A stretch of DNA of 64,000 nucleotides from a virus: positions 1 to 64,000 of the IMG/VR virus record IMGVR_UViG_3300022700_000208; one strand, 5' to 3'. Each line of letters opens with the position of its first letter. Within the stretch, counting starts at the first letter, position 1. This document shows, piece by piece, positions 25,959-33,974 of the stretch. Under the pieces are notes generated by a model. That model had not been told where the DNA came from. It saw nothing but the letters and a program-made list of their open reading frames with translations, and did not search any database. The position numbers and the translations under genes were made by a program.

Positions 25959-27084
25959 CGGGTGCGCATCAAAAAGGTTTGTGGTGGAGCCTATAGATGC
26001 CAAAATTCCTGAACTTAAGTTTGAGTATTGGAAGGATGGTTCCTGGCATCCAGCTCATGGCCATGCTGGGGCCTATTTCTCGGAATCTGATAAGAAAAAA
26101 TTCCGAATTAAAACCCACAAAGAGGGTGGGGATTGCCAATTTGTCTATGTAGATGGGGATACCCATTTCACTAGGGAATGTGATGAAAAGAGTGAAATAA
26201 CCCTGAATTTGGGCAAGTACAGGCAAAACAGTCCTGAGGTTATTGGTTTTTCAGTGACTATGGAAAATTCAGGAACTCAGCAGGGATACTTTTATCCTCT
26301 GATGAGAAATCAATATGAGCCCTTGCCAGTTAGTTTTAAATGCCCTTATTCTAAGAAAAATGGATCAATATCGGTATGTAGCAGACCTGCAACATATCGG
26401 TTTCTTTTTGATGTTAGTATAAAGTCTCAGGGGGAGGGGGATCTTCTCTTTACCAGGAAATGCAATGGTGAGGAGAAGATTTCTGAAACCCTTAATGTGA
26501 GTGGTCCAGAAACAAAAACCCTTTCCATTTCTTCAGATAAAGCTAATTTTTGTGTAGTTGGGCTGGCTTTAAGGCAAGGATCAACCCGAAAATCACAAAG
26601 GATCTATGTAAGATTTTATGATCCTGAGTACATTCCTCTTTCATCTCCAGAGATAACCAAGAAGGATGATGGGTTTAAGATATGCGCACCTGAGGATTAT
26701 GAGCTTCTTAGTATTAACGGAAAGGATTATTCCAATTCTTTCTTTTCAGATTCTTGCAAGACAGTAGAGAGCAGCCATGTTGAGGTTCTTGTTTGGGATG
26801 ATGTAGGGCGGCTCAGTCGGGTTGTGTCTTCCTTGAATGGCCGTAAAACTTCCTTGTACCTGAGCCGCATAAATAAGAATAGCACAACCAACTATTTCAC
26901 TAAGTCCAGATATAGTTGGGGTTTTTATGAGGACTTATACAAATGGGGTTATCCTAAGCTGAGGGATTATTGTCCTAAAGAAAAGACGGAATGCATGAGA
27001 GATAAAGCTAAAGCTCTCATGGATAGTCCCACGGTTATTTCAGCCGTTGAGAGTTGGGATGGCTCCCTTTTAAAGGGGGACTAA
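25879..27084 (+). CDS. putative lipoprotein
   Basis: Signal peptide ending MSSGC (lipobox-like); Cys-rich beta domains. Confidence 0.7.
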   Translation: MKGSDTTLRFSTLAFVIFSGVVLLMSSGCASKRFVVEPIDAKIPELKFEYWKDGSWHPAHGHAGAYFSESDKKKFRIKTHKEGGDCQFVYVDGDTHFTRECDEKSEITLNLGKYRQNSPEVIGFSVTMENSGTQQGYFYPLMRNQYEPLPVSFKCPYSKKNGSISVCSRPATYRFLFDVSIKSQGEGDLLFTRKCNGEEKISETLNVSGPETKTLSISSDKANFCVVGLALRQGSTRKSQRIYVRFYDPEYIPLSSPEITKKDDGFKICAPEDYELLSINGKDYSNSFFSDSCKTVESSHVEVLVWDDVGRLSRVVSSLNGRKTSLYLSRINKNSTTNYFTKSRYSWGFYEDLYKWGYPKLRDYCPKEKTECMRDKAKALMDSPTVISAVESWDGSLLKGD

Positions 27085-27085
27085 A

Positions 27086-27415
27086 ATGGAAATAAGAAAT
27101 CTTGCAAGTCACTTAGCTTCCTACGGAGTAACTGTACGGGAGGCTGAAATTATTTTGGAGGTATCCAAGGGATTCACTAACAAGGAAGTTGCAAGCAAGC
27201 TTTTTGTCACAGAAAAAACCATCAAATTCCATCTGACAAATATATTTAAGAAGCTCTCTGTAAAAAGCAGAAGCCAATTGATTGTGGCTGTGAATCCTTT
27301 AATAAATAAGATTCAACAGTCTCAACCCCAGGAAAAAGAGGAAAAACCCAAAGAAGATCCAAGTTTTCCTTCAAACGTGCCAACTCTTCCAGGAGGGCAT
27401 GAGGTTGATGTTTAG
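27086..27415 (+). CDS. LuxR/GerE-type HTH regulator
   Basis: TVREAEII...GFTNKEVASKLFVTEKTIKFHLTNIFKKLSVKSRSQL. Confidence 0.92.
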   Translation: MEIRNLASHLASYGVTVREAEIILEVSKGFTNKEVASKLFVTEKTIKFHLTNIFKKLSVKSRSQLIVAVNPLINKIQQSQPQEKEEKPKEDPSFPSNVPTLPGGHEVDV

Positions 27416-27424
27416 GGAGCCATT

Positions 27425-27709
27425 ATGGGTGAAGCATTTTCTGAGATTATCAAAGAGCATGGGGTGGACATTGTTACATTTGGTGGGAACATACACCCTT
27501 ATCTGGGGGCAGCTTTGGCTGTTTTACTTAGTATCGCTCTTGCTTATCTTGGCATTAGGGCCAAAAATAATAAGTTAAGAAAAGACATGGCCAAGGCAGC
27601 TAAGGATGTTCAAAAACAGACCTCAAAGGACCAGGACACGGCCAATTCAGTCAATAATGAGGTCGATAATTTCCTAGAAAAAGAGGAGAAAAATAAAAAT
27701 GGACAGTAG
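27425..27709 (+). CDS. membrane protein (single TM)
   Basis: YLGAALAVLLSIALAYLG. Confidence 0.65.
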   Translation: MGEAFSEIIKEHGVDIVTFGGNIHPYLGAALAVLLSIALAYLGIRAKNNKLRKDMAKAAKDVQKQTSKDQDTANSVNNEVDNFLEKEEKNKNGQ

Positions 27710-27947
27710 GAAATGTCCTGTCTGTGGTGTCCTTGAGCGCCATGCCAGCAATTGCAGGCTTAAAAAAGCAATAGAATCTCATCAAGGAAAGCCACGGGAG
27801 CAAAGAAAACAAGCTCATTATCAGAGAGTTTTATCTTCCACGGGAAAGAACAAAAGAAAGAATACGCTCAAACAATTAAAAATCCAAAAGGAAAAGGAGA
27901 AGCGAAATGAACTCAAAGGCGAGCAACCTACTCAGCAAGATCAGTGA
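27699..27947 (+). CDS. basic zinc-finger-like protein
   Basis: CPVC..H...C. Confidence 0.55.
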   Translation: MDSRKCPVCGVLERHASNCRLKKAIESHQGKPREQRKQAHYQRVLSSTGKNKRKNTLKQLKIQKEKEKRNELKGEQPTQQDQ

Positions 27948-28167
27948 TTCCAAGAATGAGCAAGATGAGCCCCCAGAGGTCACTCAACTGGCCAAGGATC
28001 TGATTGATACTCCCAGCTCGGACAGCAATGATGATCAGGGCCAATTTGTCCAGCTCTTAAAGGGCATGGCTTTTTCCAAAGATTCTAATTCTGATGAATT
28101 TATGAAGCGTCTCATGGACATGGTAAACCAGAAGAACTTTGGAGACCTTACTAAGAAGAGTCAATGA
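27907..28167 (+). CDS. small protein, MSKA-leader family
   Basis: MNSKASNLLSK. Confidence 0.65.
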   Translation: MNSKASNLLSKISDSKNEQDEPPEVTQLAKDLIDTPSSDSNDDQGQFVQLLKGMAFSKDSNSDEFMKRLMDMVNQKNFGDLTKKSQ

Positions 28168-28367
28168 GGTATAGCTGCCCAAATTGCAAGGCTCTCAGGA
28201 AAGAGGAGAAGTTCCATAAGGAGATCAAAGTTCGGGATGTGATTTACGAGTGTGGGACTTACCTTAGGCTCTTTCTTTGGGAGAACAATCGCTACAAATG
28301 GAATATCAATTGCCAACCAATAGGAGAGGAAAATGAAAGCAAAAGATCTAAAAAACCTGGTCGATGA
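28164..28367 (+). CDS. hypothetical zinc-binding protein
   Basis: CPNC...ECG. Confidence 0.5.
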   Translation: MRYSCPNCKALRKEEKFHKEIKVRDVIYECGTYLRLFLWENNRYKWNINCQPIGEENESKRSKKPGR

Positions 28368-28545
28368 AGTCAAAACAGATGAGCAAGAATCTGGAGATAT
28401 CATGAAGTTTAAGCAGGGAACTGAGTTTGAAGGCTTGGTTGCTCGTGTCTTGAAACGCAATGAAGACGGCACTGTGGATGTGTACGTAGGAAGCTCCTAC
28501 AGGCAGGGTGTGTCTGCTGATGATCTTGAGCCAGCTAATGATTAA
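28333..28545 (+). CDS. small protein, MSKA-leader family
   Basis: MKAKDLKNLVDE. Confidence 0.65.
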   Translation: MKAKDLKNLVDEVKTDEQESGDIMKFKQGTEFEGLVARVLKRNEDGTVDVYVGSSYRQGVSADDLEPAND

Positions 28546-28691
28546 TCTCCTGGATGGCCGAAATCACTCAGGAATTTTAAAAGTTAAAGCCCATTTTTGT
28601 TAACTTATGGGCTTTTTCTGTGGACTTGAAGGCTAGAAATAGGGACTTTTCTAGCAGGCCGAAATTACTCAGGAATTGAGGAGATCCAGGG

Positions 28692-29063
28692 ATGGGATCA
28701 AAATCAAAGAGAATTCTGGAGATTCTGTCAGACAGAATTAAAGGGAAAGCTCCTAAGGGGGCTAGAAGGCATAAGGATTGGAAAAAGGTTAAAAAGAAGC
28801 ATCTTAAGGAAAATCCTGAATGCGTTGTATGTGCTTCCAGGAAAAAGCTAACGGTTCATCACATAGTTCCTTTTCATTTGGCTCCAGACTTAGAATTAGA
28901 ACCTTCCAATCTTATAACTCTTTGTGAGAAGGGACGTTATGGTTCTAGAAACTGTCACCTTCTTTGGGGACACAGAGGAGCTTGGCAAAGAACTAATCAT
29001 ACAGTAAGAGAAGATGTTTATCTTTGGAGGAGAAGGTTACAAGGATGGGAAGACCAAGATTAG
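28692..29063 (+). CDS. HNH endonuclease
   Basis: CVVC, VHHIVP, NLITLC, CHLLWGH. Confidence 0.88.
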   Translation: MGSKSKRILEILSDRIKGKAPKGARRHKDWKKVKKKHLKENPECVVCASRKKLTVHHIVPFHLAPDLELEPSNLITLCEKGRYGSRNCHLLWGHRGAWQRTNHTVREDVYLWRRRLQGWEDQD

Positions 29064-29710
29064 ATCTTAAAGGTAAAAAATTTAACAAGCTGATTGTTTT
29101 GGAATTTTCTCATTATAAGAACCGTTCTGCTTATTGGGATTGTTTATGTGATTGTGGAAATAAGAAAAAATTAAGAGGTGACAGAGTTAAAAAAGGGGAG
29201 GTCAAATCATGTGGCTGCCTTCCTTATGAATCATTTAAGCATGGACATGCAAAAAGGTCTTTAAAGAATAAATCATCCAGAACCTATTTATCCTGGTTAC
29301 ACATGAGAAGACGATGTTTGTCGAAAAATAATCCAGCTTTCGGTCAGTATGGGGGTCGTGGAATAAAAATCTGTGATCGCTGGAACAGTTTTGAGAATTT
29401 TGTGGAAGATATGGGTGAATGTCCTCCAGGAAAAACTCTTGATAGAATTGACACTAATAGTGATTACAAACCGTTGAATTGTCGATGGGCAACATCTAAT
29501 CAGCAAGCAAGGAATAGACGTGGAAAAATTAAATCGACTTCTAGATTCAAGGGAGTAGTCAGGTGCAATGATAAATGGCGCTCCAGGATTAGAGTTAATA
29601 ATAAGGAAATTCATCTTGGAGTCTATTCTGATGAGGTTCAGGCAGCCCGAGTTTATAATGAGAAGGCTTTTGAGGTTTGGGGGGAAGATGCCTATCAAAA
29701 TCCAGTTTAA
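29024..29710 (+). CDS. HNH-AP2 homing endonuclease
   Basis: WDCLCDCG, YGGRGIKICDRW, TLDRID, NCRWAT, C-terminal AP2 domain (AARVYN). Confidence 0.9.
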   Translation: MEEKVTRMGRPRLDLKGKKFNKLIVLEFSHYKNRSAYWDCLCDCGNKKKLRGDRVKKGEVKSCGCLPYESFKHGHAKRSLKNKSSRTYLSWLHMRRRCLSKNNPAFGQYGGRGIKICDRWNSFENFVEDMGECPPGKTLDRIDTNSDYKPLNCRWATSNQQARNRRGKIKSTSRFKGVVRCNDKWRSRIRVNNKEIHLGVYSDEVQAARVYNEKAFEVWGEDAYQNPV

Positions 29711-29913
29711 AAGGCTCAAGGATAAATGGAAACACAAGAACAAAGACAGTTAAGCAATACTTATAGAAAGTTAAAGACAATTTTCAAACAGGAAGAAAGG
29801 GAGTTTTGCCAACCACACTCCCTTCAAACGGATACAAACCACAACTGGCATCCCACGGAAACCGCATTCATAGAGGAATGCACTGATTGCAAAAGAAGAA
29901 GGTTTATTGACTA

Positions 29914-30858
29914 ATGGCAAAGAAGAAACAACTCACTCCAGAACAGATAAGACCTCATCTTCCTGACTGTAGGGAATGCGGGGAGAATGAGTGGAATATC
30001 CAGGGTAAGAAAGCCTTTAAAATCACCTGTGAGTGGTGTGAGTATAAGCTCACCCAGCATGAAAGAAATAAGATCTATAAGGCCATAGAGGACCATGAGG
30101 AGTTCCAAGATCCAAACCCCAAGTCGCCTCAGGAAACCAAGGAAAAAGAGCAGGAAAGGGGCCTAGAGAACTCACAAGGCCCTGATCAGTCCACAGAAGA
30201 GGACACAGATAAAGAAAATCCCCATGATCTTGCTGATGAGGTGGAAAAGAAAATTAAGGGAAATTTCTTCAATACCCAAGCAACAGGAGAGATACCTGAA
30301 GAGGAGGATGAGGAGAAATTCCAGAACCTGTCCGAAAAGCAAAAAATGTTCTGCCAGGAGTACATCAAGGATTTCAACGGAACCAGGGCAGCCAAGGAAG
30401 CAGGATATTCAGAAGATACAGCGCGTCAGACAGCCTCAGAGAACCTGACAAAACCTGACATTATTCTCTACCTCCAGCACCTCAAAGAACAAAGAATGAA
30501 TAGGCTCCAGCTTGAGCAAGATGATGTGATCCGTGATCTCCAAATCGTAAAGAACCGATCCATGCAAGCCTATCCTGTAAGAGATAGAGAGGGAGTCCCC
30601 ACTGGACTGTGGACCTATGATGCCAATGCAGCCATCAAGGCAACAGAACTACTCGGAAAACACCTTGGGATGTTCATAACAAACAAGGTGGAGCATTCTG
30701 GAGAGAATGGTAAGCCCATCAGCATAACCAGTGATATTGAGGTTGAGGCATTATCCACCCAGCAATTGGAATCCCTCAAGGATATCCTGGAGACCTCGGA
30801 AAAATATCGTAAAGAGCAGGAAGAAAAAGAAGAAGATGAGAACACACCACTTCAGTAA
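29914..30858 (+). CDS. terS: Terminase small subunit with N-terminal zinc ribbon
   Basis: LSEKQKMFCQEYIKDFNGTRAAKEAGYS, ELLGKHLGMF, KVEHSG. Confidence 0.9.
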   Translation: MAKKKQLTPEQIRPHLPDCRECGENEWNIQGKKAFKITCEWCEYKLTQHERNKIYKAIEDHEEFQDPNPKSPQETKEKEQERGLENSQGPDQSTEEDTDKENPHDLADEVEKKIKGNFFNTQATGEIPEEEDEEKFQNLSEKQKMFCQEYIKDFNGTRAAKEAGYSEDTARQTASENLTKPDIILYLQHLKEQRMNRLQLEQDDVIRDLQIVKNRSMQAYPVRDREGVPTGLWTYDANAAIKATELLGKHLGMFITNKVEHSGENGKPISITSDIEVEALSTQQLESLKDILETSEKYRKEQEEKEEDENTPLQ

Positions 30859-30870
30859 GGGAGAAGAGCA

Positions 30871-31257
30871 ATGCGTGTAAGGATAGCTAACAAATACAGG
30901 CAGGAAGTAAGAGACGTTCTTTCAGGGAACATGGATGATACCATTACCCGAGTAAAAAGAGATGGCCAGGGCCGTCCCCTCAAGGAAGAAAGTGGAAAGC
31001 CTATTGGGGAAAAAGTATCCCTGAACAATGGTCTAGGTTTTACTGAGGGCAAGGATTATTCCCTGGTTGAGCCTAAAGAAGAAGATGGCAATCACTTCTA
31101 TCTCGATCTCCATAATGAGAGCATGTATAACGTCAAAGAGGTTTATGATCTCATTCGTCGGGGATCACGTGAGGCTAATGTGAGTGTTCAGTCCAGAAAG
31201 GACAGGGCTAAGGAGCAATTGGCTCAGCAACGCAAAGAAATGGGCATTGAGGAATAA
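30871..31257 (+). CDS. hypothetical protein (paralog of next gene)
   Basis: Shared C-terminal pattern with 31275-31661. Confidence 0.65.
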   Translation: MRVRIANKYRQEVRDVLSGNMDDTITRVKRDGQGRPLKEESGKPIGEKVSLNNGLGFTEGKDYSLVEPKEEDGNHFYLDLHNESMYNVKEVYDLIRRGSREANVSVQSRKDRAKEQLAQQRKEMGIEE

Positions 31258-31274
31258 CAACCTAGGAGGAAAGC

Positions 31275-31661
31275 ATGAGTGAGGAAGAATTGGAAGGCGA
31301 GCTTCAGGGCCAAGCTGAGGATCAGGATCTGGAAGAGGAGTCCCAGGATCAGCAAGAGTTAGAACAAGAGCAGGAGTCTCAGGAAGAAAATAAGGCTCCT
31401 CATTCTCGTGGTAAGAAGGATCAGTGCCTTGTTTACCTGGTCCCTAAATCCTACCTCCCCCAGATGAGGCATTGGAATGATCTTGGTGTTACCCATGAGG
31501 ACATGGAACTCCAAGAAAAGGAAGATCACTATAAGGTGAGCCTGTACAACATGGGCCTTCTCCATGTTCATCAGATTGGGGACATCCTTCAGCGTGGTCA
31601 CTCTCAGCAACTTGAGCAGGAAGCACGTAAGGAGCGTGAGGCAGAGAGAAAGAAGAAGTAG
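31275..31661 (+). CDS. hypothetical acidic protein
   Basis: SD GGAGG. Confidence 0.65.
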   Translation: MSEEELEGELQGQAEDQDLEEESQDQQELEQEQESQEENKAPHSRGKKDQCLVYLVPKSYLPQMRHWNDLGVTHEDMELQEKEDHYKVSLYNMGLLHVHQIGDILQRGHSQQLEQEARKEREAERKKK

Positions 31662-31963
31662 TGTGGTAGGGGAGTATATACTCCCCTATTCTCATTTTAC
31701 CTCTTATGTATGAATAATCTATTCTCTTTCTGGACGTAAGTATCTGAAATCAGGAGGGGAATGGAATATACATACACAACCAGATGTATAGAATAAGATA
31801 TACATGTCTAAGAATACGTGCAGAAAATGTAAGCATTTTAGAAAACACCGATTATCCTCTATGGATGGGTTCTGTCTGAACAGTGTGGGCAATAAACCAG
31901 TGAATTATTCTTTTTACTGTCCAATGTTCACTCATACTTTAGGTGCTACCGAAGGGAAGAAAC

Positions 31964-32173
31964 ATGGGAAGAGCCAAAAACCTAGTGCAGGAAATAAGTG
32001 GCAAGACCTCGATTTCCCAGATAATCCTGGACTTCCGAAAGGCTATCAAAGGGAAATTCAATAAGAGAACATCCAAGACAAATTTCACTGCTAAGGGTGC
32101 TGTTTTTGAATTTGATTATGAGGATGGTGTTCGCTACCGAGTAACTGTGGAGTCCCTGGAGAAAAAGAAATGA
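31964..32173 (+). CDS. small protein, MSKA-leader family
   Basis: MGRAKNLVQE. Confidence 0.65.
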   Translation: MGRAKNLVQEISGKTSISQIILDFRKAIKGKFNKRTSKTNFTAKGAVFEFDYEDGVRYRVTVESLEKKK

Positions 32174-32412
32174 GTGATAAGTCAGATAATGTAAGACATC
32201 TCCCCTCTCTAGGAGATAATCCTAAAGGACTCATCCATAATGTCCAGCAGGAAGTGGATGATCTTGATGATGTGTTGGTGATTGGAAGGAAAAAGGATGG
32301 TGGGGTTAGTGTCTGGTCTACCCGTTCAGAGGCTTATTATTTTGGGGCCTGTCAGGCCATAATCCAAGACCTGACCTTGGCATCCTTTAATGGGGATATC
32401 GTCGATGAGTAA
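32170..32412 (+). CDS. hypothetical protein
   Basis: 80 aa, coupled. Confidence 0.6.
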   Translation: MSDKSDNVRHLPSLGDNPKGLIHNVQQEVDDLDDVLVIGRKKDGGVSVWSTRSEAYYFGACQAIIQDLTLASFNGDIVDE

Positions 32413-32659
32413 GGCTGACAGGCTTCTACAGCTTTGTGAGGTCCTAAGCCAGGAGGAGGTTGAGGACCAGGCTCAGGTTCTCATTTCCCTGCTCCGCAAA
32501 AGTGAGGACAAACTGGAGACAGCGGCTGAGTGGCTTAACTCCAAGGATTTCCAGGACAAGGACCGAAAGAAGATTGGCCAGGAGTATAAGAGTCTGGCCA
32601 AAAATCTTAGAGATCTGCCCAGTTGGGAAGACATTTTGAAAGAGGTAGCTAAGAAATGA
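32405..32659 (+). CDS. small protein, MSKA-leader family
   Basis: MSKADRLLQLCE. Confidence 0.7.
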   Translation: MSKADRLLQLCEVLSQEEVEDQAQVLISLLRKSEDKLETAAEWLNSKDFQDKDRKKIGQEYKSLAKNLRDLPSWEDILKEVAKK

Positions 32660-33123
32660 AAAAGGCAGAAAAACTTTTAGGTCTGGTCAATGAATTGGCT
32701 GACAAGACTCTCCAGGATATAGCTAGCAAGGCTGGGGTATCTGTTGATCAAGTAAAGGACAAGGCTGATGAAATTGAAAAGGGCCTAAAGAAGAATATTG
32801 ATCCAGATTCTGAGCCAAGGAAATTCTTTGCCATTCTCACATCTACTCTCAAGAAAGCCTTTAATGTGGGGGAATCTTTCTCTGAGGCTTATGGTTCTTA
32901 TGAAGAGTTCAAAATGATTGAGGTCTCAGAGGGTGTTTTTCTCTCAGAAAAGGATCTAAGGAAAAAAGTCACTAAGGCAGTCAGGAATCTTAAGCTCAAA
33001 GCAGATCTTGGTGTTGTCAGACTCACAGAGATTATAACCAAAGAGCTTGGAATTAAAAAGCCAGCAGCCGAGAGAGCGGTGAAGATTATAATAGGGCAGC
33101 TTATACAACAAGGAGTATTGTAA
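32656..33123 (+). CDS. protein, MSKA-leader family
   Basis: MKKAEKLLGLVNE. Confidence 0.75.
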   Translation: MKKAEKLLGLVNELADKTLQDIASKAGVSVDQVKDKADEIEKGLKKNIDPDSEPRKFFAILTSTLKKAFNVGESFSEAYGSYEEFKMIEVSEGVFLSEKDLRKKVTKAVRNLKLKADLGVVRLTEIITKELGIKKPAAERAVKIIIGQLIQQGVL

Positions 33124-33447
33124 ATGAATAAGGCGCAGAAACTTAAGAGTTTGGTTAAAGAAAGATTCAAACATATAAAAGGGAAGTTTCCTGGAATGAG
33201 AAAGGAAGTTGAGTGGACCATTACTCCTGTCTCTAATACGGAAGATCATATAGTTACAATTCAGTCTGATAAAAGAATTGCTCGAATTGATTTAAAGAGT
33301 GGCAAGGCTATGCTTTCTAAAAGCGGAAGAACTACTTTTGTAGATTTGAACCCTGCCAGGGGAGCTAAGGAAGTCGATGTTCCCAAAGATATGATCAAAG
33401 AACTAGAAAAGATAGGTCCTCAAAAAGGCCCTACGAGACTTGTCTAA
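33124..33447 (+). CDS. protein, MSKA-leader family
   Basis: MNKAQKLKSLVKE. Confidence 0.75.
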   Translation: MNKAQKLKSLVKERFKHIKGKFPGMRKEVEWTITPVSNTEDHIVTIQSDKRIARIDLKSGKAMLSKSGRTTFVDLNPARGAKEVDVPKDMIKELEKIGPQKGPTRLV

Positions 33448-33459
33448 GGAGGTAATAAA

Positions 33460-33732
33460 ATGAATAAGGCCAGTGTTCTAAAGGAAAAAGTCAATAAATT
33501 ATCTGAGGCAAAGAAATTTGAGTTCTACGTGAACAAGGATGAGCGTGGAGAGTTTGAAGCAGATGTTCGCGATCAAAAAGGAAAAACAGTATGGGAAGGT
33601 GATACTGAGATGTTCAATGAGCTTATTGAAGATGGATTCATGAAAAATAAGGAGGATCTTGATGGTCTTGCTGAATATCTTATAGATAATAAGATCCTTC
33701 CCAAAGGTGCAGAATTAGTAAAAGCAAATTAA
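33460..33732 (+). CDS. protein, MSKA-leader family
   Basis: MNKASVLKEKVNKLSE-A. Confidence 0.75.
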   Translation: MNKASVLKEKVNKLSEAKKFEFYVNKDERGEFEADVRDQKGKTVWEGDTEMFNELIEDGFMKNKEDLDGLAEYLIDNKILPKGAELVKAN

Positions 33733-33742
33733 GGAGAACATT

Positions 33743-33961
33743 ATGAGCAAGGCAAAACAATTGACAGAAAAGTTGGATGTGGATGAGAAGGTCAAAGAAG
33801 GTGATACTTTTAAAAAAGGGAATATGGAACTGTCTGTCCAGGAAGTATCAGCCAGTGGAGTGACCTTTGTGATCACGCAAGGCAAGACAACATCAAAGCC
33901 TCTTCAAATGGACAGTATTAAAGATTTTCAGGCTTTCCTTAAAGCCAATGATTTTAAGTAA
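33743..33961 (+). CDS. protein, MSKA-leader family
   Basis: MSKAKQLTEKLDVDE. Confidence 0.75.
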   Translation: MSKAKQLTEKLDVDEKVKEGDTFKKGNMELSVQEVSASGVTFVITQGKTTSKPLQMDSIKDFQAFLKANDFK

Positions 33962-33974
33962 TCATTATTAACTT

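Noticed and set aside
28556-28677. Mini CRISPR array
   Set aside because: Only two repeats, an 80-nt structured spacer, no cas genes
28692-29063. HNH protein as a member of the MSKA-leader family
   Set aside because: MGSKSKRILE is only a partial match lacking the conserved Ala, so it was not counted
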